From Candidatus Borrarchaeum weybense (GTDB lineage Archaea > Asgardarchaeota > Sifarchaeia > Borrarchaeales > Borrarchaeaceae), in the NCBI GenBank assembly GCA_019057385.1, contig JAHQJS010000004.1, forward strand, positions 980,727 to 1,044,726: a stretch of DNA of 64,000 nucleotides. The letters are read 5' to 3'. The notes under the pieces are model-generated. The model was not told the DNA's origin and ran no database searches. It worked only from the letters and a program-made list of their open reading frames with translations. Shown in pieces: positions 10,560-20,918 of this stretch (position 1 is its first letter; every line of letters starts with the position of its first letter). The position numbers were made by a program, and so were the translations under genes.

Positions 10560-12158
10560 ATGGGCGAAGTCTTTGCTCGAAAAAGTTCTGGTTTAGTTAG
10601 AAACATTAGCGCATGGGAAACATTGATCTTCAATGTACTGGTTATGGCTCCTTCAGCGGTCTATATCTATGGTATCTGGGCGACAGTCACGTTTCCAGGG
10701 GTATATCTACCCACGACTGCTCTGATATGTATCCCTATCTGTCTGATCATAGCTATTTTCTATAGTCTCTATTCGGCGGCTGCACCACGTTCTGGTGGTG
10801 ACTATATCTGGATTAGTCGTACGGTTCATCCAGGTCTCGGTTTTATGACGAATTTCTTCCTGTTCATTGTACTTATTAGCTTAGTTGGAACGGAGATTCC
10901 TTGGACCTTGGAGTATGCGATCGCACCACTCTTAGTGAAAATGGGGAATCCAACGGGAGCAGCAGCAATTTTGAATCCAGTCACGATGATGGTACTCGGT
11001 ACAGTCTATATCATACTTGTTTCACTAATTGCAGCACTTGGATCAAAATGGAACGCTAGGGTGTTAACGATTGCATTCTTCGTTATTGTGGCAGGTATTG
11101 TCACTTTTACAGCAGTCTTTGCAAGTATAACACCCGCACAGTATGCTGCGAACTTTGATGCATCTTCCATCCCTGGTGATATGACCTATGCAGGAACCAT
11201 TGCTGCGGGAAACGATGTAGCGAATACGTATGGACTGCCACTAATGACCGTTTTTCCACTTGCAGCGACCATGCTAGGCGTAACATTCACAATGATCAAC
11301 TTCCTTGGATTTGCACAGTCAGTGTACATTGCTGGTGAAATCAAAGATGTTCGAAGATCACAATTCATTGCTATTCTAGGGGCAGTCATAGTCTTCGGTC
11401 TGCTCACGTTTATGATCTACCAGTCGGCATACAATGGTATGGGCGGTGCTTTCGTTAACGCAATCAGTACAACCTATGTTTATGAAAGCCCGTATTACTG
11501 GACTAATATGCCAGTTGATGCGATAACAGGACCATGGTTTACAGTGCTTGCCATTTTTGCCACAGATAATCTCGGAGCTTACTTCATTATATGCCTAGGA
11601 TTTATGATGATGACTTGGGCCGCTGGACTCACATATGTTTACACCTGCACAAGATTGATGTTCAGCTGGAGCTTCGACAGAATCTTACCTACAAAGGTTA
11701 GTGCTGTAGATACGCGCTTTGCAACACCATGGGTGGCTCTAATCATTTGTGGCATTGTGGCCTTTCTTTTCATGGTACTATGGATCTACACAACAATTAT
11801 GGCATTCTTTGTGTACATCATCACAGGATGGTTCGTAGGAAATTGCATCGCATCAATAGCTGGGTTTATATATCCAACGAAAATGAAAGAATCCTTTGAA
11901 TTAGCGCCGGACATTGTAAGAAAGAAAATCGGTCCATTCTACACGATCCAATGGGCAGCTATAGGCTCATTTATTGTCTCAGCCTGGATGGCATATGCCG
12001 GTATGACTCCAACGATCTCAGGTGCTGTAAGTGTAGCTAATCTCGCATTTACATTCGTGTTCTGGCTAATCGCTTGGATCATCTTCGGAATCGCTTGGAT
12101 CTATCATAAGAACAGAATTCCGCTATCATTAACATTCAAAGAGATTCCACCAGAATAA
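10560..12158 (+). CDS. APC-family amino acid permease
   Basis: FARKSSGLVR start, PRSGGDY, AGEIK, R.MFSWSFDR, C-terminal FKEIPPE; 12+ TM. Confidence 0.88.
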   Translation: MGEVFARKSSGLVRNISAWETLIFNVLVMAPSAVYIYGIWATVTFPGVYLPTTALICIPICLIIAIFYSLYSAAAPRSGGDYIWISRTVHPGLGFMTNFFLFIVLISLVGTEIPWTLEYAIAPLLVKMGNPTGAAAILNPVTMMVLGTVYIILVSLIAALGSKWNARVLTIAFFVIVAGIVTFTAVFASITPAQYAANFDASSIPGDMTYAGTIAAGNDVANTYGLPLMTVFPLAATMLGVTFTMINFLGFAQSVYIAGEIKDVRRSQFIAILGAVIVFGLLTFMIYQSAYNGMGGAFVNAISTTYVYESPYYWTNMPVDAITGPWFTVLAIFATDNLGAYFIICLGFMMMTWAAGLTYVYTCTRLMFSWSFDRILPTKVSAVDTRFATPWVALIICGIVAFLFMVLWIYTTIMAFFVYIITGWFVGNCIASIAGFIYPTKMKESFELAPDIVRKKIGPFYTIQWAAIGSFIVSAWMAYAGMTPTISGAVSVANLAFTFVFWLIAWIIFGIAWIYHKNRIPLSLTFKEIPPE

Positions 12159-12284
12159 ATACAAACCAATTTAACGCATCTACACCATGCGCCAACTCTT
12201 TTTTTTATTTTTTAGTTATTTCTGATATGTCTTGCCTTTTAACTCAAACAGTGCGCGATATCCACAGCTTCTAGTTTTGTAACC

Positions 12285-12995
12285 TTATTGTGGATGCCCC
12301 AACTCTTTGAGTGTTTTACTAAAAATCCGATCAAGCTTTTTTTCAGGTGTAATATTATTAAGGATACTTGAAACCTCAGAGGGGCGTTTCTTAGCAAGAA
12401 GTTTACAAGCATAAATGCATGTCCATTTCAAGTTTATGTCGTTTTCTTGACTCCATTCGCTTAAGACATCAATAATTTCTATATTTTTACGTTCAATAGC
12501 CCTAAGTGCAAAAGCAGCGGTTTTTCTTTCGTTTTTATCATCGCTTTGTGCAAATTCCTTAATTAAGTCCATCAATGGCTTTTGTTTTTCTTTTCTGATG
12601 ATCTTTGCAAGCATATCACCAACAGATCTATTTACAATCGTAGTTTTATCCTTTGCTAAGGTACGAACCATACCTTTTAGTTGCTTGTTCATAGCAGGAA
12701 GATGTTCTAGGATTTTAGCTGTTGCCATTCTGACTTCCCAGGAAGGATCATTAATACCTATTTGCGAAAATCTCACCAACACTTCCGGTTTGTTTTTGAA
12801 GAGGTCACCTACAGCAAGTAAGGTCGTACGTCGTAAGTAGGGATTATTATCTGTTATCCATCTTTCTAAAAGAATTAATACTCTTTTCTTAGCTGAAGGA
12901 TGAGCCTTTCCTATCATTTTTAATATTTTTAATGCACGTGTACGTAATTCTGCCTTACTATTTCCTCCGAGCGCTCTGATTTCTTCTGCGTCCAT
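12285..12995 (-). CDS. HEAT-repeat protein (AlkD-like)
   Basis: Repeated D.N..LRR / DPSWEVR / D...ERK HEAT units. Confidence 0.7.
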   Translation of the reverse strand: MDAEEIRALGGNSKAELRTRALKILKMIGKAHPSAKKRVLILLERWITDNNPYLRRTTLLAVGDLFKNKPEVLVRFSQIGINDPSWEVRMATAKILEHLPAMNKQLKGMVRTLAKDKTTIVNRSVGDMLAKIIRKEKQKPLMDLIKEFAQSDDKNERKTAAFALRAIERKNIEIIDVLSEWSQENDINLKWTCIYACKLLAKKRPSEVSSILNNITPEKKLDRIFSKTLKELGHPQ

Positions 12996-13191
12996 TTAAC
13001 CCCTTCATCAGTTACCAATTTTGAGTAGGGAAATAATTCGTAAATAACTCGAATTTTATGTATGATTTCTACATATTTTAAGGTTCAACTAAGTATAATA
13101 TCTTTGCCAAATAATTCACTAAATAAAAAGCGTGAGAAACGAAGTAGAGTATATACAATAAAGGGGAGCAAATTTTGATAAATATTATTTC

Positions 13192-15024
13192 TCACAATAT
13201 AGAATCTAAATTTAATCGCTTAATTGTCTCTGGGGTGGGTATACCTTGATCATCCCACCCGCGAAGCGCATAATATTCATCAAGCATAATATCTTGTTCT
13301 TCTCTAGTAATTACATGGCCTTTTGAAGCACCAGTTATTAAAGGCTCCTCAGAAAGACGTTTTGGCAGATAATCATCTTTTCTCGAAATACCCTCTCGTA
13401 CGCTATACATACGTGATAAGTCATGAATTCGTTCAGCAATTATTCTTAGTTGATTTTCATCATAATCAAAGCCCATGATCGTTTTACACAGTCTAATCAT
13501 TTTATCCCATGGGAATATATCACGGACGAATCGGCAAAGAATAAAGGAATCAAAGATTACAAACCTATCCTCATATTCTTTCACAAGAGGGGCCTTCTCT
13601 TCTGGTGCTAATCTATCCCCTGAAACTCCTCTAAAATCAAAAATGTAACCAGTGCATCGAAGATGGCATGCCCCACGAACCGAAGTCATATATCCTAACG
13701 CCATACAATATAACGCTCGGGGGTCGTATCCAGCTGGCTCTAAGCCCTTAACATGAATTGCTAGATCAGACAAGCCAAGTTTATCAGCAGCTTTTCTAAC
13801 TCCTTCTGAAAGTATATCACCAAAGCCCTCTCGTTTCACGATCTTGTCCATGATGTACATAACGCTTTCAGGATCTCCATAGTCTAATGGAATTTCTGAT
13901 TCTAGTCGTCCTCTCTTGTAAGCTTCAATTGCAAAAGAAACCACATTTCCCCCAGTCATTGAGTCAAAACCCATCTTATCACAGTAGTCATTCATTCTGA
14001 CTATTTCCCGCAGGTCGTTTATCATGTTTAGTCCGCCGAAACTGTAGATCGTCTCGTATTCCGGTCCCTCGATCCTGATTATAGTACCATCTTTTTGCTT
14101 TGCTTCACCCATTTTTCCGCATTTGATTTCACAAGCATAGCACCCTTTCGATTTTATCGTAATCTGTTCACGAACTGCCTCAGCATTGATTTTCTCATAA
14201 TCTTCGAAGAATCCGTCTTTCCAGTAACCACCTGTTGGGAATGATCCTGTGGTATTGACGAGGTTAACGGTTACTGGTGTTCCATAAGTTGGGTAGATTT
14301 CGCTTGTAGCTTTATTCGTTCTTATCTCTTCATTCATATCTTTGAGGAATTTCATGAACCCTTCTCGATCTGCAAGTTCAAAGCGTTTTTTTCCTCGTGC
14401 TGCAATTGCCTTCAGGTTTTTTGACCCCATCACTGCTCCAGGGCCACATCGTCCTGCAGATCGCCAGTAATCATTCTTTATGTTTGCGAACTTGACTAAA
14501 TTCTCTCCAGCAGGTCCAATACAGGCGACTCTAATCTTCTTATCACCTAATTCCTCCTTTATGGCATCTTCTGTGTCATATGTTATTTTTCCCCATAGAT
14601 GTGATGCGTCCTTAATTTCAACGCCTCGATCGCTAATCCAAAGGTAAACTGGGCTTTCAGCTTTTCCTTCTATAATCACTACATCGTAACCGGCAAACTT
14701 AAGCTGAGGTGCAAAATGCCCTGCCGAGTAGGACTCCGCGTATATGTCCGTTAAAGGTGATTTAAAAAAGACCCCATAGCGTCCGCCTGTTGGAAAGCCT
14801 GAACTAGTAGCAGGTCCAACTGTGATAATCAACTTGTTATCAGGGGAAAGTGGTTCCACATCTTTTCCTACTTCTTTGTAGAGTAGATATGTTCCGAACC
14901 CTTTGCCACCAATCCATTCTTTAGCAAAATCTTCCTGTAGAGGTTCTTCTGTGATTTCATTATTTGTGAGATTAACACGTAGAATTTTTCCAGCATATCC
15001 AAAGAGCAATTCTCTTGCCTCCAA
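13192..15024 (-). CDS. aor: Aldehyde:ferredoxin oxidoreductase family (tungstopterin)
   Basis: GYAGKILRVNL, KSPLT, IGPAGENLV, AGRCG.GAVMGSKNLKA, C..C...C, GPEYET, RGACH, YY..RGWD. Confidence 0.9.
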   Translation of the reverse strand: MEARELLFGYAGKILRVNLTNNEITEEPLQEDFAKEWIGGKGFGTYLLYKEVGKDVEPLSPDNKLIITVGPATSSGFPTGGRYGVFFKSPLTDIYAESYSAGHFAPQLKFAGYDVVIIEGKAESPVYLWISDRGVEIKDASHLWGKITYDTEDAIKEELGDKKIRVACIGPAGENLVKFANIKNDYWRSAGRCGPGAVMGSKNLKAIAARGKKRFELADREGFMKFLKDMNEEIRTNKATSEIYPTYGTPVTVNLVNTTGSFPTGGYWKDGFFEDYEKINAEAVREQITIKSKGCYACEIKCGKMGEAKQKDGTIIRIEGPEYETIYSFGGLNMINDLREIVRMNDYCDKMGFDSMTGGNVVSFAIEAYKRGRLESEIPLDYGDPESVMYIMDKIVKREGFGDILSEGVRKAADKLGLSDLAIHVKGLEPAGYDPRALYCMALGYMTSVRGACHLRCTGYIFDFRGVSGDRLAPEEKAPLVKEYEDRFVIFDSFILCRFVRDIFPWDKMIRLCKTIMGFDYDENQLRIIAERIHDLSRMYSVREGISRKDDYLPKRLSEEPLITGASKGHVITREEQDIMLDEYYALRGWDDQGIPTPETIKRLNLDSIL

Positions 15025-15207
15025 TTGAGGAGTCTCTATAATTAGATGTTAAAATTTAGTGAAGTTAGTTACAAAAGGTCAATCTATTTATATTTTTGTT
15101 CTTTGGCGTAACTCTATCTCAACTGTTGTTTAGTCACAATTTCATCAACTTTAGCAATAGCTTTTAAAAACAATAGCTTTTAAAAACATCTAAAAACAAT
15201 TTCAGAT

Positions 15208-15495
15208 GTGAAAACAATGGCAGAAAAAACTCTAGAAGAATTGCTTCCAGAAGGACCTGAAAACTTTCCAGTAGGAGAAGGTGTGACCGTGCTAAGAGGA
15301 AAAACCTTGGCAAAAACAGGACAGTGGCTGAAAGCAATTCTCTTAACCGAATCAGGTAACAAAAAGCAATTACGACTATATGGATGGCAAAAGAACAAAG
15401 AAGGTCAATACAAAAATCGCCAAAAGTTCAATATTTCGCAAGGATATATGAAAATGCTTTCAAATATTATGCTGGCATTTCTAGACGAGAAATAA
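15208..15495 (+). CDS. Hypothetical basic beta-rich protein (possibly PC4-like fold)
   Basis: Compact 95-aa ORF with upstream TATA-like sequence; LRLYGWQK strand pattern. Confidence 0.55.
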   Translation: MKTMAEKTLEELLPEGPENFPVGEGVTVLRGKTLAKTGQWLKAILLTESGNKKQLRLYGWQKNKEGQYKNRQKFNISQGYMKMLSNIMLAFLDEK

Positions 15496-15717
15496 ATGCG
15501 GTTTAGAGCACTGTATATCTGAGACGTATGTTTATACCTTCAAACTTTAGAGAAAATATACCCATTCCTTTCTCAAGAGATATCAGTTCTATTTTGCTGG
15601 AAAAACGTAAATACACCTTATTTTATTTCATTTTTCTATAAATCTTTATCAAGGATTTCTACTTACTAAACGAATAAGATGGGTAACAATTAAACGGATG
15701 AAAAAGGTGAAAAAGTA

Positions 15718-16962
15718 ATGCTTAACGGCGAGATCTTGACCATGGACGATTTTGATTTAAAAGGAAAGACAATCTTAATAAGATGTGATTTAAACTCACC
15801 TGTAGATCGCGAAACGGGTATAATCACTGATGATACAAGAATTAAGGCACATGCAAAAACTGTGAGGGAACTTTCTGAAAAAGGAGCTAAGACAGCAGTT
15901 ATGGCTCATCAAGGAGATCCTTTATTTCTTGAAAATTTCGTTCCCTTAAAAGAACATGCTCAGATTCTTTCTAAATACTCTGGGGTAGAAGTTACTTACA
16001 TCGATGACACATTTGGACCTGCAGCTCGAGTAGCAATAAAGAATTTGGAAAATGGCCAGGTTTTATTGCTAGAAAATACAAGATATTTTGCAGAAGACAC
16101 TAGATTATTTGAGGATACAATCACACGATCTCCAGAGGATCAAGCTAAATGTCAACTTGTGCAGAAACTTTACCCCTTAGCTGACTATTTTATGATTGAT
16201 GCTTTCGCTGCAGCTCATAAATCCCAACCTTCAATTGTTGGTTTTGCGGAAGTGCTTCCAACTCTAGCGGGTCGAGTAATGGAAGCCGAGGTGAGTGCAT
16301 TGATGAAGGTTAGAGATGATCCCGAAAAACCTTGTGTTTTCCTTTTGGGTGGAAAAAAAATCTCTGATAAATACGTAGTAATAGAGCCAGTTCTTAAGAA
16401 TAATACTGCGGACAAGGTTTTAACTTCTGGGGTCATAGGCATGATAATGCTAAAAGCTTCTGGTTACGAACTTGGAAAACCTTCAGAAATCCTCATTCAA
16501 GAGATGAAATTCGAGAAATATCTCTCACAATCTAAAAAATTATTAGAAGACTATGGTGACAAAATAGAGTTACCTGAAGATTTTGTTATTGATGGTGTAA
16601 AAGAGATAAACGTTTCTGAATTACCAGTAGATGCTAGCATTGGTGACATAGGTAGAAAAACGATTGAAAAGTATAAGACACAATTAGAAGGCGCAAAAAC
16701 AGTATTTTTCAGTGGTCCACCAGGAATATTCGAAAAGAGAGAATTTGAAACTGGAACAAAGGAGATCCTGAATGCAATTAGCGCTGCTGGGGCTTTCTCA
16801 GTAGTTGGTGGCGGACATTCAATCGCTGCAATAGAGCAATATAATGTCAATGTAAACCTCACTAGCACTGGTGGAGGCGCATTAGTGAGATATTTGTCTG
16901 GTGAAGAGTTACCTGCAATAAAAGCATTGAAGAAAGCTGCAAAACGATATTTGAATAAATAA
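15718..16962 (+). CDS. pgk: Phosphoglycerate kinase
   Basis: RCDLNSP, AHQG, LLENTRY, DAFAAAH, LGGKK, GPPGIFE, GGGH, STGGGA. Confidence 0.93.
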   Translation: MLNGEILTMDDFDLKGKTILIRCDLNSPVDRETGIITDDTRIKAHAKTVRELSEKGAKTAVMAHQGDPLFLENFVPLKEHAQILSKYSGVEVTYIDDTFGPAARVAIKNLENGQVLLLENTRYFAEDTRLFEDTITRSPEDQAKCQLVQKLYPLADYFMIDAFAAAHKSQPSIVGFAEVLPTLAGRVMEAEVSALMKVRDDPEKPCVFLLGGKKISDKYVVIEPVLKNNTADKVLTSGVIGMIMLKASGYELGKPSEILIQEMKFEKYLSQSKKLLEDYGDKIELPEDFVIDGVKEINVSELPVDASIGDIGRKTIEKYKTQLEGAKTVFFSGPPGIFEKREFETGTKEILNAISAAGAFSVVGGGHSIAAIEQYNVNVNLTSTGGGALVRYLSGEELPAIKALKKAAKRYLNK

Positions 16963-17013
16963 AAAATTCAATAATATCAAATCATTTCTTTTTCCTTACG
17001 AAGATATTATTGT

Positions 17014-17064
17014 GTGAACTACCTCACGCTAAAGCTGTGGTGCTTTCTTGCTTAGGTTCTGTAA
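17014..17064 (-). mobile_element. Solo IS200/IS605-type end (PATE/MITE-like remnant)
   Basis: GTGAACTACCTCACGCTAAAGCTGTGGTGCTT: imperfect hairpin typical of IS200/IS605 ends, terminating in TTCAC on the minus strand; no transposase attached. Confidence 0.6.
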
Positions 17065-17084
17065 AGACTAGCAAAACCGTTAAT

Positions 17085-17321
17085 TTATAATCCCGCATCT
17101 TTGCGAGCTTTATCTGCTTCTTCTCGACCAATATAACCTTTTTCTCCGTTCTGTAGCGTGATTTTGAGTCCTTCTAAATATTTGATCCCGCAATTTTGAT
17201 GCCAATAATAATTATAACCTTTAGATGGGGCAAATCTTAGCCTAATCGAGCCTTTTTTAATCACGTCTCTACAGTATTCACATTTTGTGACCCCTGAGGG
17301 TGCTTCTTCTATATGAAACAT
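17085..17321 (-). CDS. Stand-alone PARP-type zinc-finger protein
   Basis: IEEAPSGVTKCEYC...IKKG.IR...WH..C matches the zf-PARP CX2C-HX2C pattern. Confidence 0.72.
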   Translation of the reverse strand: MFHIEEAPSGVTKCEYCRDVIKKGSIRLRFAPSKGYNYYWHQNCGIKYLEGLKITLQNGEKGYIGREEADKARKDAGL

Positions 17322-17412
17322 TGCGTAAAATTCCTCATTCTGTCAAACCGTATTTTACGTTTACATCTTATTGAATTAAAAACTTTCTTAAAAACACCTC
17401 AATAGGAATTAA

Positions 17413-17487
17413 CATCTCGGAGCCTGGGATCGGAAACGCATCCTCCGATGCCGAAGCAGACGATCGAAGGCGATCTAACTGCGTTTA
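17413..17487. ncRNA. Candidate structured non-coding RNA (unassigned)
   Basis: GC-rich intergenic island with several complementary segments (atcgga/tccgat, gatcg/cgatc, gcag/ctgc, aaacgca/tgcgttt). Confidence 0.35.
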
Positions 17488-17565
17488 AATCTAGATTTTA
17501 TTGCAGTTACAAATATTTCTGACAGTGGAAAAACTTAATAATAAAGAACTTCAAATTGGCTTACA

Positions 17566-17748
17566 TTGGGAGTTGGGGGGAAAATGGTCAAGAACGATTT
17601 TACAAACGCTATGCTTAATCTCTACAAGAAAGCACTCGCTATGTCTACAAGGGCGAAGAAAATCGAAGAACTCAATGCTTTTATAGAATTCCTGGCTTTT
17701 GAATTTAAGCGGAGAAAGAATCAAAGAGAGGTAAGGCTAGACAATTAG
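17566..17748 (+). CDS. Small hypothetical helical protein (start probably ATG at 17584)
   Basis: Short ORF with upstream TATA-like and purine-rich sequence. Confidence 0.4.
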   Translation: MGVGGKMVKNDFTNAMLNLYKKALAMSTRAKKIEELNAFIEFLAFEFKRRKNQREVRLDN

Positions 17749-17901
17749 AATCGAAGAGCTCGTGAAAATGAATTCATGCACCTTAAGATCTTTAGCAATT
17801 AATATCAAGATCTATAGACCAGATAGTTGATATCTAGATTTATTCTTGAGTCTCTTATATAAAAAGATTTAAAATTGATTGAAAAAAGTGGAAGATGGCA
17901 T

Positions 17902-18951
17902 TTACCATAGACGTCGTTTTGGTTCCATGCCCAAATACTTGTTTGTTAAGCTAACTGCCTCAAGACGGTCTGTTTGCAACTGGAGAGATGCTCGAATCCC
18001 GTCTAGCGACTCGGGAATGGTCACAGCTTCCTGCGGGATATATATGGCATACATTGCTAATTTTCCAATAGTCGTCACTGTCTCTTCCCACACCACAGTT
18101 TCATACATATCCGCAAAAGGCTTCCCTGCGAATCGATTGAACTGGAGAAGTGATGTATTCGTATTAAAACCATCAGCAATCCTTAAAACTTGAATCCTTG
18201 GATGCGCATTGAAGGCATCTAGCATTTCTTCCTTTGTCAGGGGTTTCTTTGGAGTTGCTACTACATTTATAATATGGCCATGTGTCACAGGCACATGAAC
18301 AAGGAATCCTGTGGCTTGAACATGAGGCATAATCTCCATCAGATCAACTGCTTGGTGATTTGGAACTGGTTCAGGTTTCAATATGTCAACATACCCTCTA
18401 TGGGTGTCACCTGGGTCAGCACATCGTCGGACGATTGTTACCGCGATATTTTCAATTCCATGAGTTCGATCCAAACAGTCAACGGTTCTGATCAGCCCTG
18501 TCGTGTTGCAACTCGTCAGTTTGAGATAAGATTGACCCACACCTTTTTCGTAATTGGCATATCCATGAAAGAACACATCTGCAACCTCACCTGCTTCCCC
18601 ACCTTGGAAAACTGCAGGAACCTTGAATTTTTCGTAAAGAATCTTATTTTTAGCGCCGATACCTCCCGGTGCCGCGTCTAATATAATATCTACCTCTTGC
18701 AGGAGATCTTCAGCAGTACCAGCAACTGGTATGCCAGCATCTTCAATACTTTTAGTGCGTGAAGGGTCAACGCAATATAACTTGACTTCTTTATCGGCAA
18801 GGCGCATCCCTCTTGCCTTTAGGGATTTGATTGCTAAAGTCGGAGCAATATCAGCTACACCAACAAGTTCCATATCTTTCTGAAGCGCCGCTCCATAAGC
18901 CAAACGAGTCCCAATTTGACCATAACCGAAAATGCCAACTTTTGTTACCAT
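17902..18951 (-). CDS. gap: Type II (archaeal) glyceraldehyde-3-phosphate dehydrogenase
   Basis: GYGQIG, FQGGE, catalytic SCNTTG, RR..DP, IPQEA..IPE..D.IRA. Confidence 0.92.
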   Translation of the reverse strand: MVTKVGIFGYGQIGTRLAYGAALQKDMELVGVADIAPTLAIKSLKARGMRLADKEVKLYCVDPSRTKSIEDAGIPVAGTAEDLLQEVDIILDAAPGGIGAKNKILYEKFKVPAVFQGGEAGEVADVFFHGYANYEKGVGQSYLKLTSCNTTGLIRTVDCLDRTHGIENIAVTIVRRCADPGDTHRGYVDILKPEPVPNHQAVDLMEIMPHVQATGFLVHVPVTHGHIINVVATPKKPLTKEEMLDAFNAHPRIQVLRIADGFNTNTSLLQFNRFAGKPFADMYETVVWEETVTTIGKLAMYAIYIPQEAVTIPESLDGIRASLQLQTDRLEAVSLTNKYLGMEPKRRLW

Positions 18952-19257
18952 TTTGATTTCACCTCAATGAGTATATATCTAAAAAGTGATATCCTAAAGT
19001 GTATACCTAAAAGCTATTTAAGACTTAGCTTTTTTGCTGATAGACACTTACGTCACAGATCAGACAGGTCTTTACCTCACACAAATAGGGGTGCACGTCA
19101 TAAGTCTGAATCCTGCGAAATTGATGACTGGGTTTTGTTCAATATCGATTTTCTCACGTTTAAGCTCGATGCCTTGCGTGATAAGATGCAAGGAATGCTG
19201 TACTAAATTTGTGGAGTTTAAAAATCAACTGTAATATAAGATAAATAGAAGGCGATC

Positions 19258-20784
19258 ATGATGATTCAGACCATCAAACTCCGAATGTATCCTGATGAGG
19301 CACAAGAATATCAACTCCATGAAATCTTTACCATCTATAACCGGGTGAAACGCATTGGTTACAACCTGCTGTTTCATAACGAGGACTACATGGTAGAGCG
19401 CTTCGATGAGGGTAAAACCATCCAACAGTGTTTGATGAGTCTGTGCCACAATAACCCTTATGTCAATACTATCTTGATTGACAACAAGGCGCAACTGGAA
19501 TCACAAAAGACGTGGCTGGAAAAACGACGCACACGCATGACACAGCAGCTACAAGTCATCATCAAGAAAATCAAAACAATAAAAGAGAAAGATACACATG
19601 ACAGACGGTTGAAGGGCTTATACGCCCGTAGATCCTCAATAATGGCTAAACTGCGCAATTTACACCTCGAACCTGTGGTATTTGGCACTAAGAAATTATT
19701 CAGAGACAGAATACGCGGCAACATAAGTAGGGAAGAGTTCAGGATACGACGGGATTCTTCTTTCAGTTGCATTGGAAAGCAACAGGGAAAAAACCTGAAC
19801 ATTAAAGTATTGCCCAGAAAAACCGTCAAGATACGCACCTTTTCCAAGCAAAAAGGATGCAAATGGCTGATCATTTCCCTTTCCGTAAACTCTGTGCAGG
19901 AAAAATGGTTTCAAGATATTTTTAATTCCGACAAATACACGGTGACCGTGAAACGGAAGTTTTTCAAGGGGACGGTGCGTTATTTTGTCCATGTTTCTTA
20001 TGAAATTCCAGAACCTGTACCACGTTGTGGCTACGAACATGGTGCCATCGGATTAGATTTCAACTATAATTTTGTTGCCCTGACCAATGTCGATCAACAT
20101 GGTACATTACTCTCTTATCATACCATTTCGTTTTGCAACCTCCACAGCTATCGAACAAATAAACGTAGCGATTACATCTCTTATAAGATGGATAAAGTCG
20201 TCAATTATTGCATCAATAAGGGCAAGGGCATCGTGGTCGAGGACTTACAATTCGGCCAAGAGTTTTACTATAATAAAAAACGCAACCGAAAATTCAGCAA
20301 TATGAAGACCACTGCCTTGCAGCTGTTAGAGAGAAAATGCAAAAAGCGAGGTGTGTCCTTTCGAAAGGTATTTCCTGGATATACCTCCATAATCGGGAGG
20401 TATAAGTATTCAGGATTACATAATTTGTCAACACATCACTTAGCAAGTTATGTAATAGCTCGAAGGGGTTTAGGTTTCAGGGAAGTCATTCCAGCCATCT
20501 ACGATTGGGTGTCCTCACAAGTCGGGGAGTTCATAGAACCCCGTTTGAAACAGGATAGTCCTTACCGTAGATGGTCGATGATCCATGACCTCTTCAAGCA
20601 CAGTGGGATAACTTCCTTCAAGGCTGCCGAAATACTTAAAAAAACAGTATTAATGAGGCATGTTTTGCACTCGGTGACGAGCGCACAGCCCGATAACCTT
20701 AAGGCTGGTTCTTCCTTCTTGAAAGCAGGGAGAATTGATGATTATTATAAAGTGTGGAATTTTATAACTAATCCCACATTATAA
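19258..20784 (+). CDS. tnpB: IS200/IS605 accessory TnpB-related RuvC nuclease (no adjacent TnpA)
   Basis: N-terminal TIKLRMYP, RuvC-I GLDFN, RuvC-II VVEDL, PGYTS, STHHLASYVIARRGLG. Confidence 0.8.
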   Translation: MMIQTIKLRMYPDEAQEYQLHEIFTIYNRVKRIGYNLLFHNEDYMVERFDEGKTIQQCLMSLCHNNPYVNTILIDNKAQLESQKTWLEKRRTRMTQQLQVIIKKIKTIKEKDTHDRRLKGLYARRSSIMAKLRNLHLEPVVFGTKKLFRDRIRGNISREEFRIRRDSSFSCIGKQQGKNLNIKVLPRKTVKIRTFSKQKGCKWLIISLSVNSVQEKWFQDIFNSDKYTVTVKRKFFKGTVRYFVHVSYEIPEPVPRCGYEHGAIGLDFNYNFVALTNVDQHGTLLSYHTISFCNLHSYRTNKRSDYISYKMDKVVNYCINKGKGIVVEDLQFGQEFYYNKKRNRKFSNMKTTALQLLERKCKKRGVSFRKVFPGYTSIIGRYKYSGLHNLSTHHLASYVIARRGLGFREVIPAIYDWVSSQVGEFIEPRLKQDSPYRRWSMIHDLFKHSGITSFKAAEILKKTVLMRHVLHSVTSAQPDNLKAGSSFLKAGRIDDYYKVWNFITNPTL

Positions 20785-20789
20785 ATAAT
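20741..20789 (+). other. Imperfect inverted repeat at the tnpB 3' end (possible right-end/omega-RNA hairpin)
   Basis: attattataaagtgtgg ... cccacattataaataat. Confidence 0.4.
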
Positions 20790-20918
20790 TGTAAGGTTTA
20801 AGAATATCCACATAATTTTTCTTGATTCCCAGTCCGTTTCGTAAGTTCAAAATTTGTCTTCCTCTTATAAGCTCTAAATTTAGAAAGTCAAATTAAGGAT
20901 TCAAAGGAGTTCCTAATT

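Noticed and set aside
18960-19257. tnpA remnant upstream of tnpB
   Set aside because: No HUH/Y1 or serine-recombinase motifs in the frames I translated.
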